Origin: Rhynchopus sp. YZ270_cl-10 | Lineage: Eukaryota | NCBI GenBank assembly: GCA_964035575.1 | Contig: OZ037842.1 | Coordinates: forward strand, 558,001 to 622,000 | Direction: 5' to 3' | DNA: 64,000 bases | Shown here: positions 8,802 through 20,337 of the stretch, piece after piece | How positions within the stretch are numbered: position 1 is the stretch's first letter | Layout of the letters: each line of letters opens with the position of its first letter | Position numbers and translations under genes: made by a program | The notes under the pieces: model-generated | Databases searched by the model: none | Told to the model about the DNA's origin: nothing | The model's input: the letters and a program-made list of their open reading frames with translations, nothing else

Positions 8802-9574
8802 TTGGGAGGGGGGAGGGGGAAGTCCTCAGGGGAGAATAAAAAATGTGTTGCAAATAATTTTGTGTACTTCTAAGATTTTTGAGGTAAAGTGGGGTGCAGT
8901 TTTTAAACGGACTACCTTTTTTGGAGAATCCAGTCACATTATACAGGAATCTCTGGAAGCATGAATGCGGGGAATGTGAAGAAAAGCGAAGAGAGATTTG
9001 TGCAGGAAAAAAAAAGGTGTATTTTGGTAATGTGCAGAACACTTCAAGGCGGCTTTAGGAAAATGCTAAGTTGATCCCAGTGTGTTGTAGACTATCGAAC
9101 AAATTGAAAAATAGAATGTGTGTTATGGTGGTGGTCTCTGTTTTTTGAAGGGAAGGAGGGGGGGAAAAGAAACGTCTTTACGATGCGATCCTAAGCCTCT
9201 CGTTTGCTTGGACACCTTTTTTAAAAAACCTACATTTTTTTTTTGTGCAGAGCCCCCCCTCTCCCAACCCACCCCACCCACCTTCCGCAAAAGGGAATGG
9301 AGATGTGGCATTTTTTCACTGTTCTGTGCAGGGCGCGCGCTAACTTTTCGGAAATTTCCCGAAAAAATGGATATCGGGTCCAAAAAAATGTACCTACAGG
9401 AAGTATGTGAAGGGGGGCAGAAAAATCAGGGTCATGTTACATTTCCGAGAAAATCCCGGGCTGTGGTGGGGGATATACGGAAAAATGGACAAAATTTTGG
9501 TGACTTAAATTTTCACAAAATATGAACCCATACTCGTAAACAAGGGTCATTTTCAGGTCTTTCGGACAGCCAGT

Positions 9575-9933
9575 GCACAGTACACAGTACACAGTACACA
9601 GTACACAGTACACAGTACACAGTACACAGTACACAGTACACAGTACACAGTACACAGTACACAGTACACAGTACACAGTACACAGTACACAGTACACAGT
9701 ACACAGTACACAGTACACAGTACACAGTACACAGTACACAGTACACAGTACACAGTACACAGTACACAGTACACAGTACACAGTACACAGTACACAGTAC
9801 ACAGTACACAGTACACAGTACACAGTACACAGTACACAGTACACAGTACACAGTACACAGTACACAGTACACAGTACACAGTACACAGTACACAGTACAC
9901 AGTACACAGTACACAGTACACAGTACACAGTAC
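9575..9933. repeat. (CACAGTA)n heptamer microsatellite
   Basis: Perfect 7-nt tandem array of about 50 units. Confidence 0.97.
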
Positions 9934-10751
9934 CCATTACCGTGACTTCACCGGCCAACATCGGAAAACACCGGCAAACCCACAAACCCGCAAACCCGAA
10001 ACATGTTCAAAATCAGGTGGAATATACATAAGTACATCATGGGGGTAGGGAACAGGTAGCGCCGCAGGCGCACGGTACCCAACTTTTTTCTTTTTTCTTT
10101 TCCCTTTTCTCTGCTTTCTTTTGATTGCGCGAGCCGATTGCTCTCCACGGTGGGGTCACATGTGTGTCCAAAAACTATCTGAAGTGCCCTTACTGTACAA
10201 TATGGGATTCTCTGATTTTCTAAAGGAAATCGTGTAATCAAAAAATTTTTGTACCGCGAAAAAACCTCGAAAAAACCGGGTGTGAGGGTGTGGATTTAGC
10301 GCGCGCCCTGGTTCTGTGTGATTGAAAAACTTTTTTTTTTTTGCTTTGGGTAATTCCGAAGCGTAGAACTATCGTGCTATTGTATTGCTGTTGTGGGGTG
10401 TGGGCAGTTGCACAACACAACCTCACACAACCCACAATAAAAAAATATCCCCCCTCCCGTTGTACCCATTCCTTCTTCAAGTATAAGAGTGGAGGGAGAG
10501 TCCCTTTGTGTGTTATGGCACATCTGCTGGCATAATTAGAATGTTTCGCTTGTAAAAATATTATGTGTTTTTTTTGATAAATTGTTGGAGTGTAGTTGCG
10601 ATTGTGTTGTTCACAGTTGTGCAATCTCCACTTTTTTTATGTGCAACGTAAAAAAAAACCAATAAAATTTTGTCGGAAGAAAAGGAAACGTCATGAAACC
10701 GCAAAGCGTTGAAGAAAGGCAAAAAAAAAAAAGTTGACTTGTAATACAAAG

Positions 10752-11505
10752 CAGGCATATTGCTAAGTGCCGTTTCGCCGTTTTGCCTTTTTGGCCAAAA
10801 TCACAAAAAAAAATTTTTTGAAAACGCCGTTTCGCCGTTTTGCCTTTTAAAAAAACGCCGTTTTCAAAATTGGCGAAGCGCCGTTCCCCCCGAGAAATCG
10901 GCGTTTTCAACGCGACAAAACGCCGTTTCCTGTCGTCATTTTTTGAGAAAAAGGATCTGGCAAAATCATAAAAGTAGCGTACCGTGCGCCTGCGGCGCAA
11001 GCTTACATCACACCCTTCCCATGCTGTAAAATAGTGCAATTTTAAGCGCGATTTTTGAAATGTTGCGTACCGTGGCTTCGCCAGGAACCTTTGGTTACCT
11101 GACTAACCTTTGGTTAGGCCATAGCCACCATTTCTTTTATAAATTTACTAAGGTTACTGATAAGAAGGCGGACACCCACTACGGATTGCGGATCACCAGT
11201 GGCTGAAAGCTACCAAGGCACAGAGGAGGGAAGCTTTCCCGCAGAGAAGGGTTGGGGTGGTGTAGGTTGGCCGTGCATCACAAAATGCCGAGAATATTTT
11301 TCGCTGAGTTTTCCGCACAGAAAAAAATGACTGCCTCACACAAAACCACCTTTTTGGTGGAGGCTAGGGGGGCTATATAATGCCCTCTGTGGTTGGCAGG
11401 GAGGCCCGCTTTCAACGGGGGGAAAAATTTTTTTTGTCCTGGAAAAAAAAAAAAGTGTCGCCGTTTTGCTTTTTTCCACTTTCGGCAAAGTTAGCAATAT
11501 GCCTG
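10752..11505. mobile_element. Non-autonomous hAT-like DNA transposon (MITE), 754 bp
   Basis: Perfect 15-bp TIR CAGGCATATTGCTAA / TTAGCAATATGCCTG. 8-bp TSD ATACAAAG at 10744-10751 and 11506-11513. Subterminal TCGCCGTTTTGC repeats. Confidence 0.85.
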
Positions 11506-11928
11506 ATACAAAGCCCTCTCGCGACAGTGTACCTATAAAAAAAAAAGGTTGAAATTATTTGAAATACAACAGCCCGCTCGTGACAGTGTACCCAAAAAAT
11601 GTTGAAATCAAGATGAATACAAGCCTCTATTAGTGTGGCTGACATCAAAATAGCACTTTATCGCACTTTTTCGTACCCCCTCCCTTTCAGCCACACCATC
11701 TATAGGTTCTTAGTCATCCTTCCCAACCCAAAAAAAATAAAAAGTTGTGAAACCGTTTTAGCAAATACACCTTCCCTCCCCCTTCCCCTTCACCCCCAAA
11801 AAAAACCCCCCTTTTGGTCGTAAATACATTTCGGCAGGAGGAAAAACAATCCTCAAAAAGAAAAACAATGAACATCTATGAGTTGTAGAGGGTGCTTTTC
11901 CCAACAAAGAAAAATTTTATGGGATTTA

Positions 11929-12704
11929 CTGGGGGGGAGCTATTAAAGTATACGTATACTTTATTCGGCGGGAATTACTGCTTAAATGGCCACACGACGG
12001 TGAAGTATAGTACATTACAAGTGAAGTTACTAGTAACGTTACAAGTGAAAAACCGTTACAAGTGAGTTACAAGTGAGTTACAAGTGGGATACATGAATTA
12101 CAGGCAAAATCAGGTTGTAACTGGTGGGTTACAAGTGGGTTACAAGTGAGTTACATGTAACAAAAGTTACATGTAACTCACTTGTAACTCCACTTGTAAC
12201 ACCCGTTACTTCACCGTCGTGCAAAAAAAACGAAAAGGGAAAAAAAAAAAAAAATCACTGTTATTTTGGGGTTTCTAGTGGCCGAAACCTCGCGAAAACA
12301 CCACCATTGACATTTTTGGGCCAATCCCAGCCAGTGGTGGGGTCAATGTGGAAAAATGAACAATTTTTTGGTGACTTAAATTTTCACAAATCTGAACCCC
12401 ATCAGGCACCAATCGTGTAAAAACTGATACACGCGTTTTAGGTCAAAAATACTCATTTCTTAGCGCAAAGTGACCCCATCACAGCACGCACAGAATCCGG
12501 ACCACCGAAATCAAAAATTTTTTTTCCTATTTTTTGTGCAAAAAATGCTGTAAAAAATTTTTAGTACGAAAAATGTACACAAAAACCGTATACTTTATTT
12601 CACAGATTTCCACGCTCAAAATGGGTTTCCGCGCCGTATACTTTATTACCCCCCTATACTTTATTAGCACCGTATACTTTATTAGCCCCCCCCCCCCCCC
12701 CCAG
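11929..12704. mobile_element. MITE with TA flanks (Tc1/mariner-like target), ~776 bp
   Basis: Imperfect TIR CTG(G)nAGCTATTAAAGTATACG / CGTATACTTTATTAGC(C)nAG flanked by TA on both sides. TATACTTTATT is repeated subterminally, and there is an internal GTTACAAGTGA array. Confidence 0.65.
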
Positions 12705-12899
12705 TAACCTATACCTCTCGTGTTTTGTCACCAGAGGGGGAGGAAAAAAACTGCCGATGATTGTCGTTCTCTTTCTACAGTACAGATATTTTCCTTTTAT
12801 CCACGCGCGTGAAGCTTTATTTTCCTCGCCCACCCAAAAGTACGTGGAGGGGTGTGAAAATAAAATTTTTATTTTCACCCTGTGAAAATATAACTATTT

Positions 12900-13340
12900 A
12901 TTCGAGTGAAATAAGAACTATTTTATTTCACGCGCCACTAAAAAGGTGCCCGAGTGCGTTATTTCCCGAGCGAAGCGAGGGGAATAAGAGTCACGAGGGT
13001 GCCTTTTTAGTGGCAAGTGCAAGAAAATGTTCTTATTTCACTCAATATGTAATTTTATTCCACAAGTGAAAAACGTATTTATGGTCGTAACTGGCCTAAA
13101 CGTTGAGCCTAGCACCCACTTTTCACTTTCACGCTTTTTGGGGTAAAATTGCGAACAAAAACAGCGTGAAAAAAAAAATATTTTATTTGCAAAGGCATTT
13201 TGCAGGCATTTTTTTTTTTTTCACTCCGTGATATTTTATTTCACTCTCCGGGTTACCCTAGTGCAATTTGCGTGAAATAAAACGAATCTTATTTCACTCA
13301 CTTTTTAGGCCAGTTACGACCATAAAACGTTTTTCACGCG
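12900..13340. repeat. Nested imperfect inverted repeats (palindromic element)
   Basis: GAGTGAAATAAGAAC / GTTCTTATTTCACTC (12904 / 13029). GCCACTAAAAAGG / CCTTTTTAGTGGC. A ~35-bp inverted pair at ~13066-13100 and ~13304-13337. Confidence 0.75.
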
Positions 13341-13916
13341 TGGTATAAAAAATTTTATTTTCACCGTTTTTTTTCACCCGTCTTAAGCCCCCAAACACCC
13401 CCAAACTCACCCTATTTTTTTTGAGTTTTTTTTTCCCCCCAGGGTATCTGGACTGGGGTGGGGGCGGGGTGTGCATGGTGGCTACAAACTTGTTGGAGTA
13501 GCCCTCGAGCTATGTCAGCGGAGGTAATATATTTTAGGGTAAATTGCGATAACACGTACAAAAAGTGTGCGTGTTATCGCGAACAAAAACGTACGTGTTT
13601 TCCCCAGGTACCCAGTACCAGTACCCCCAATGACATAACGAAGTATCGCTTGAAAGTATTGTTCAATAACCTTGGGTGTGCAGGTGAAGTAGGACACACA
13701 AGGTATATCAAACGATAAATCAATCAGATAAACGTTACATCATTGGAAAATTGTTGGCACCGCCCCCCTGTCTTCGTATTTAGTACGTCGACAGGCCAAA
13801 CAGCGTTGGGCTCAGAAGAAGCGGTGCAAGACACTGGAGATCCACACTACAAGTCTCACACGACACTTGGGCGGGCTCGGAAAATAAAGCTTCACACTTA
13901 TGGATAAAATTATGTC

Positions 13917-14061
13917 TTGGAGTAGAAAATAAGCGTTTTTTCCACCTCGTTGGTGTTTTCAACCCTCGTGACTTTAATTCACTCGCTTCGCTCGTGAATT
14001 AAAGTAACTCGGGTTGAAAACACCAAAACTCGGTGAAAAAAACGACTTATTTTCACTCCAA
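13917..14061. repeat. ~145-bp imperfect palindrome centred on CTCGCTTCGCTC
   Basis: Paired arms GGTGTTTTCAACCC / GGGTTGAAAACACC, ACTTTAATTCAC / GTGAATTAAAGT, and TTGGAGT..AAAATAAG / CTTATTTT..ACTCCAA. Confidence 0.8.
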
Positions 14062-14410
14062 TAAATAGCTATTTTTAAATCTTTTTAAAAAATTTTTTGT
14101 TGTTGTACTGACTGACAATTACCCAACCAAAGGGGTGGGTAATGTACCTCAAATACCAGCCGAAAGGGGTTTAGAAGCTCCCTCCGAGATTTAAAACAAA
14201 AAAAATTCATATACTTTCTATTCTATTGATTAGAAGGTATAATAGGGGGGGGGAAATTCAGAAAAATGAGATATTGTTATTGAAGCCAGATGTAGCGGTA
14301 ACTCAATGTCACCAATTTCGAAGGGTTTTTGGTTTTTTTTTATTATTTTAAATTTCGTTCATTATTCTCTCTTATTCCCAACTGCCCTCCCTCCTCCTCT
14401 TCTTCTTCCT

Positions 14411-17400
14411 CTACACCTCAGGTTCTGTAAGAGATGGCGGCTGGTTTTCGTGTCTTTGACCACCTTTTAAGACCTTAATAATGCGTCCAGCTTTAGAGGG
14501 GTGCTGCACTGCAGTTGCCGCCGATTTAAGACATTTTTCCTTCCAGAAATTGAGTTCTTCTCTGTACCGTGCGCATTCTTGGCGATATTTCGCGCGCTCT
14601 GTGTTTGCATTTTCACGCAGCTCTTTGATGTGCCGCTTCTCCTCTTTAAGTCCGGTTTTGAGGTTTTCAATCCGTTCGTTGCGGATTGCCAGCTTTTTCT
14701 CTGCAAGCTTATATTCGAGACGGAGCGTCGAATTTTCGTTCAAAATCTGCGCAACATTTCCGGTGTGCTGGCTGTTCTGGTCTTCAAGGAGGCGCACCCT
14801 TTTGCGTAGGAGCTTGTTTGAAGAGGCAACCATTAGGGTTTTGTATTGTTCACGTTGTTCGTCGAGGGCAAGCTCGAGGTCGATTACCTTCTCACAACGT
14901 GTTTGGAGGTCTTTTAAGAGGCTGTTGCGAAGCTCCTTTGTCTCCCCAACGTGGCGTTCCATCTCGGCTTTGAGCTTGGCGATGACATCGTTTTTGTTGC
15001 TGATCTCCTCGTTGTAGTGTTTCGTGGCTTCAGTGTACATTGCTTGTGGTACTGTAGCATCGGGTGACGATTCGGACAAACGCCTCACCGATCTTCTCAA
15101 ACGCACAATCTCCGAGTCTTTGTCCCCCGGTGCCGAAGGAATGTTCTGCGACAACGGGTCCTCCCCTGCTGCCTGTGGATCCGTAGTGATAGCGCTTCCC
15201 GCCCCCCACCCCTCCTTCTTGATCTCCGCCATTTCACCCATTACCTGCTGCAAACGGTCTGAGGTAGAATCAATGAGACCTTTGTCAATCGAGGAAAACG
15301 CCTCAATTTTCGTGAGAAGTGCCGTTCTGAAGCTGGCTTCCTGTGAAAAGGGGGAGTGGTGGTGGTGGAGAAGGGGGATGTTGTGCATACCTCCTTTCTT
15401 GACTTTTCTCGCTCCATCCTCCAGAGCGATACTTCACGCTCCTGCCCTTCTTCGAGTTGTCCACCTGCAGAGACACTCTCTTGCTCAGCATGCGAAATGA
15501 CCTTCTGGAGGGAAACCTTAAGCGACATTGACTCCTTAGCCATTTGATCGACTGAGTCTGCCGAGGTTGTCATCAACGCGACACGCTCCTGTGTATGCTG
15601 GCCCTCCTTCTCCATCAGGACCTGGAACTCACTCAGCCGTGCGTCTAGGGCATCGTACTCTGCCTCCCACGCTGCCACCTCCTCTTTGTATTGCCCCATC
15701 TCCATGTGCAGTTGGTCTAAAATGCTGTTTTTAAGCTGGTCAGTCTCACGCAACGCACCCAGCTCTGTCTCCATCTCTAAACGGTCGGCGGCAAGTGCGT
15801 CCTTTTGTTCAAGAAGCTCAGCTTCAAGCTTAGCAGTATCCGCCGCAGTGTCTGTTTAGTTTAAGTATTTCAATAAATTGATAGGCGGGATCAACAAAAA
15901 TGTTTTGGTTTAAAAAGAGTAGTTGTTGGTGGTAACCTCTTAACTGGTTCATCTAAGATGCCAGCCACGGATGAAAGCATTGCAAAGTACCTTAAATACC
16001 CTACGGCTAACAGAAGGTACAGAAGAGGTTTTGGAAGATGATCGCATGAAAGGGTCAAATTCATTGAATTCATAGGTCCCTTTTGTTGAAAATGGAATAA
16101 TGGTTGAAAGTGGGGGTGATGCCATACCCCTGTCCTCCACCAGCGCAGTCCCCGTGGGCATGCCCTTCTGTTTGCGCAGTGACGCCAGCTCCTTCTCCAT
16201 CTTCTCAAGCAGGATTTTGTACTCGCCCACGGTGAGCTCGCGGTTGATCTTTGCGTTGTTTTTGATCGACTTCGCGCGTTGTCCAAAGCGGCAGGTGGAG
16301 AGCGTTTCTTGCTGGTTGTATTCGCTCATCGATCTGGAGGGAGAGGGAGTTTATTGTTGAGCTTTTTTGATAATCTGAACATTCGGTAGACAAGGTTCAG
16401 TAGTCTGCACACAGCAGGTCAACCTCCACGTATCTCCGTTTTGTACGCCTCCAATATTTTTGACAAACATAACAAAACATCTCTTCACATTTACACATTG
16501 CACCACTTTCCCACTAAACAGCCCCAATTTAAAACATACCCGCAAATGATCAACGATGTCCTCGAATTGCCTCCCAAGGAGTCTTGCAACAGACGCGTCA
16601 GCTTAGAGTCCCTGTATGGAATATGGGTCACCTTTTTGTCGGTCAATGCGTTGATCACTTGCCCCAACGAACTGAGACTCTTGTTGATTAGCTTTGCCTC
16701 CTCGAGCTGCTGCCCTACTGCCCCTGTCTTGCCGACCTTTTCACTGCCTGCAAGGTCTACGAGATAGAGTTTCCCTGTTTTCTGGTCTAATTTCACGGAA
16801 TGCTTTTGGGTGATGGACAGCGAGAAGATGGCGTGGCTCCGCGAGGAGGTGTCGTTCATGTGTGTCGACGCAACCACTCTGTTGCTTGCCCCTTCCTTCA
16901 TCAGCTGAAAGATCTCCTCCGGGTCCGCAACATACTGCTCCGTCGCCTCTGCAATGTACACACCCTTCCCCCCCTTAAAGTCCTCCCTCAACTGCAGATT
17001 CTGCTTCGACGGCTCCAACAAATCCCGGATCTTTTCCATATAGATCTCGACATAGGAGACCTTTATGCTGAACTCTACGTTCGGGTCGCTGTTTTCGACG
17101 TTCACAAAAATCTGCTCGACGACCCTCGGAATGATACCCTTCTGTAGTTCATCGGAACAGTACCCATCCTGGCTGGGTCCCATCATGGTATGGGATTTAC
17201 CTGCCCCGGTCTGTCCGTAGACGAAGATTGTTCCGTTGTAACCTTTGAATATGTCAGTTACAACCGGTCGTCCTACCACCGCGTAGATGTCAGATTGTTG
17301 AGAAGTCGGTCCAAAAATCCCGTCAAATGTGAATTTGTACGGGCCCTGTACCCCCGAAACGGCATCCTTGCCTTGCTCAAGAAGCCGTAGCTCGCAGGTG

Positions 17401-17528
17401 TTCTCCTTGTTCGTTCCCTTCTCCCCTAACGTCAGAACCTCCTTCCCCCCCTCCGAGATCTCCAATTTGTTTAGCGGTCGAAACCGCGCGCAAACTTTGA
17501 TCGAGTCATCAGGCGGCGCATCGGACAT
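14411..17528 (-). CDS. Kinesin-1 (conventional kinesin heavy chain), spliced
   Basis: Motor motifs GQTGAGKSHT, SSRSH, LVDLAGSE, HIPYRDSKLTRLL, ETLSTCRFG. Coiled coil, tail motif KDLQTRCEKVIDLELALDE, and IAK-like RIIKVLKGG. Proposed introns: 16334-16539, 16080-16127, 15953-15999 and 15852-15936 (both tentative), 15341-15390. Confidence 0.9.
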
Positions 17529-18647
17529 CGGATCAGATGCTCCTTGTGTTGTGTTGTGTCAGGCGGGGGTTAGGGGATGGGCAAAAAGTAGTTCCCCTTT
17601 TTCGCCTGTAAGGTTGGAGGAGGGTTGGGAGAGTTGGGAAGAGGGGAGAGCGTTTTGGTAAAATGTGAGGAATTGTGAAACCAAAGAGACTCTCTATGTG
17701 TGGATGATATGAACCCAATTCTCAAGTGTATAGTCATTGGATTAATCAATAATCAAAGGTTTTTCTGTGAGGGGGTTAAGGGGGGGGAAAGGTATAATGA
17801 AATGAAACCCCCTTTTTTTTGAAGGAAATATATCGTCGGAGCTTTTCGTCGTTTTTTTTTTTTTTGTGCATCTCTCTCCTCTGGGTTTTTCTTCCCTCAA
17901 GACAAGGGGGTGTGACTGAGGCAAAGAGTTGCTGAACGCACTTTCGTTTTTTGGTGTTGTTTCCGGATATTTGGCAACTAAAAAAAAAAAGAATTTATTG
18001 ATGCAGGCACCGACTGATCCATACTCCGCCTCAGATGAAAGCACAATAATAAAAAAATGTCAGTAGGGCAGAAGAGGGTGAGATTTGTGTGGGGAAACCA
18101 ACCTCTTCACTTTCTCTAGGGTTGCCGTGATGTTTCCCCCAACCAGCCTTTCAAGTGCAGATATCTGGGTATATGTTACACTGATTCTTTCTGACTCTTC
18201 ACCTTCTGGTTGTATTGCCAAATGGGTTGTGTAGTCACCTTCAGAAAACAAAAGGGGGGGGTTGCTACAAATGTGCAGCCACCAATCTATTCCGAACAAT
18301 GGTATCAAAAAAAAAAAAAATGTGTCTTTCATACAAAAAAAAAAAAAGCAAAAGAGTCAATTAAGCACACTTTGCACTTTTCAAAAAGGGGATATGTGAA
18401 GGGGAAAAAAAACAGATGGGGAAGGTGAGGTCTAGGGAGGGCGTTCTTGCTTACAAATACAAAAAAAAAAGAGAAAAAGAAAAAAAGCTCGTAAAGATGG
18501 ACCTTAAGCCTGCGCTTGGTAATCTTAAGTTGACAGATGAAATGCGCACTGCACACGGGATCTAAAAAAAAAAGAGAGAAAAACAAAAATAGACAAAACA
18601 AAAAAAAACAATATCAACAAATATAAACAATGCCGGGCCTTATGGCC

Positions 18648-20197
18648 CTACCTGAGATTCTTTGCGAGGCGTAGTTGTTTCCACTGTACCTCTACTCGAG
18701 CAGCGTCCACTACGTCGAAAAGGCCGACCTGCTTCATCAGAGTCTGTGGGATGGTTGTGTTACGATAGGCACGAATGCAAAAAGGGACGTTAGAGTGAAG
18801 TGTGCTGTTGCAGCCGACATACCTTCAGTGTCGCAAGGGACAGCATGGTCAACTCATCTTCCTCAAGCCCTTCGCTGCGGCAACGTTGGCAAAAGTCTGC
18901 CCACGCACATTCACCTGGGGTTGGCGAGAGTGGAGTGTGGATGAGGGGTGCTGCAACAGGCACGGGTGTGGCTGGCCACACAGATGATGCCGCAGCAACA
19001 CTATTTGCATGCGCTGCAGCAGCAGCAGCAGCAGCATGTGCCGCATGTAACTCCTGTGCACTCGGCACGGCAACAGGCAAAGGCAACGGTATAGGCTGTG
19101 GAGGCACCAACACAGGAGTCGCCGCCACAGCTGCAGCAATAGCAGCACGGCGCACCTCTGCGTCGTAAGCGTCTGTCCCAAGCGGGGGTGGCATCTCACG
19201 CTCCGAAGGCCTTGCAGCACGTCGACCTTGGGGGGTGCCGCGCTTCTGTTTAGGTTGGTTTTGAGAAAAGCTTCAAAAATAAAAAACATACCGACGGTGT
19301 CGACAACGATGTGCTCCGCTGGAACGACGCACTCTGTCTCCGCCCCTTTGCCCCCACGCTCGATGCACCCTTTGCCAGCCCCAACGGCCTGAAGGATGGC
19401 GGCGTTCTGCTGCGCCCTACGTTGTGCCCTAGGTGCTGTAGTCTGCGCACCGTGACGTTGTACTCACCGGGACCTGGCACCGACGCACGCTCGGTGTAGC
19501 TGTCAGGACCTTCAAACCTACGCGACTTTCCAAAGCTGCACCCCTTTGCCGCCCGCGTTGACGGCAGCGCCTGGACAGAAGCGGTCAACGACGTTGGGTT
19601 CGCAAGCTTCTGACTCACCACCTTCCTCGACGTCGTGAACGACCCACCCTGCGCAGCCACACCACACCCCCCCTGCACCGCATAGCTCCCCGGCCCTGGC
19701 TGCACCGCCACCACCTTCGCACGCTGCGCCTGCGAACCGAACACCGCACCTTTCATCGGACTCCTAGGACTCTGCTTTGCATATTTATACTCCCCTGGAC
19801 CTGGCGTCACGGCTGCCGCCTTGAAACGCACATCCTGCGAAATGCTTCCGCCCCTGTGGTTGCCACTCCGCTCCCCCAAATACGCACCAGGCCCAGGGCT
19901 GTTCGTGTGTTCAGGGGAGTGCTGTGCGATGTGTGTATCGTGACCTGATGCGGTACCGAAGGTGGCACCCTTGGCAGGGGAGGGGCTGAGCGGGTCGTTG
20001 AAGCAACGTGCCTCGTACTGTGCGTGCGCAAGCTCTTGGTGTGCGACAGCGGCACTGCGGTTGGCACTACGTTGACGTGGTGGTGTCATCTGCGTTGGCT
20101 CTGTGGGCACAACCTTTGTCCCAACCGGAGCCGGAGATGGGATGGTCACACCTCCCGGGGTGCTGTCTATTGCAGGAGGCTGGGCAGGGTCGAGCAT
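18648..20197 (-). CDS. SHIPPO/ODF3-like PGPGxY-repeat protein (probable flagellar/microtubule-associated), spliced
   Basis: Repeats SPGPGAY, TPGPGEY, QPGPGSY, VPGPGEY. ATG at 20197. GTATG..CAG introns at 19246-19291 and 18744-18822 join the ORFs in frame to a TAG at 18648-18650. Confidence 0.7.
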
Positions 20198-20212
20198 TGT
20201 GTTGTCTCCCCC

Positions 20213-20337
20213 TGGGTGTGGGTGTGGGTGTGGGTGTGGGTGTGGGTGTGGGTGTGGGTGTGGGTGTGGGTGTGGGTGTGGGTGTGGGTGTGGGTGTGGG
20301 TGTGGGTGTGGGTGTGGGTGTGGGTGTGGGTGTGGGT
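20213..20337. repeat. (GGGTGT)n microsatellite
   Basis: Perfect hexamer array just 5' of the ATG at 20197. Confidence 0.95.

Noticed and set aside
9437..10031. ORFs encoding VYCVLCT or HSTQYTV repeats
   Set aside because: They are translations of the (CACAGTA)n microsatellite.
9000..14300. tRNA, rRNA or transposase genes in the AT-rich gap
   Set aside because: I recognised no cloverleaf, rRNA motif or credible coding ORF, and could not run a covariance search.
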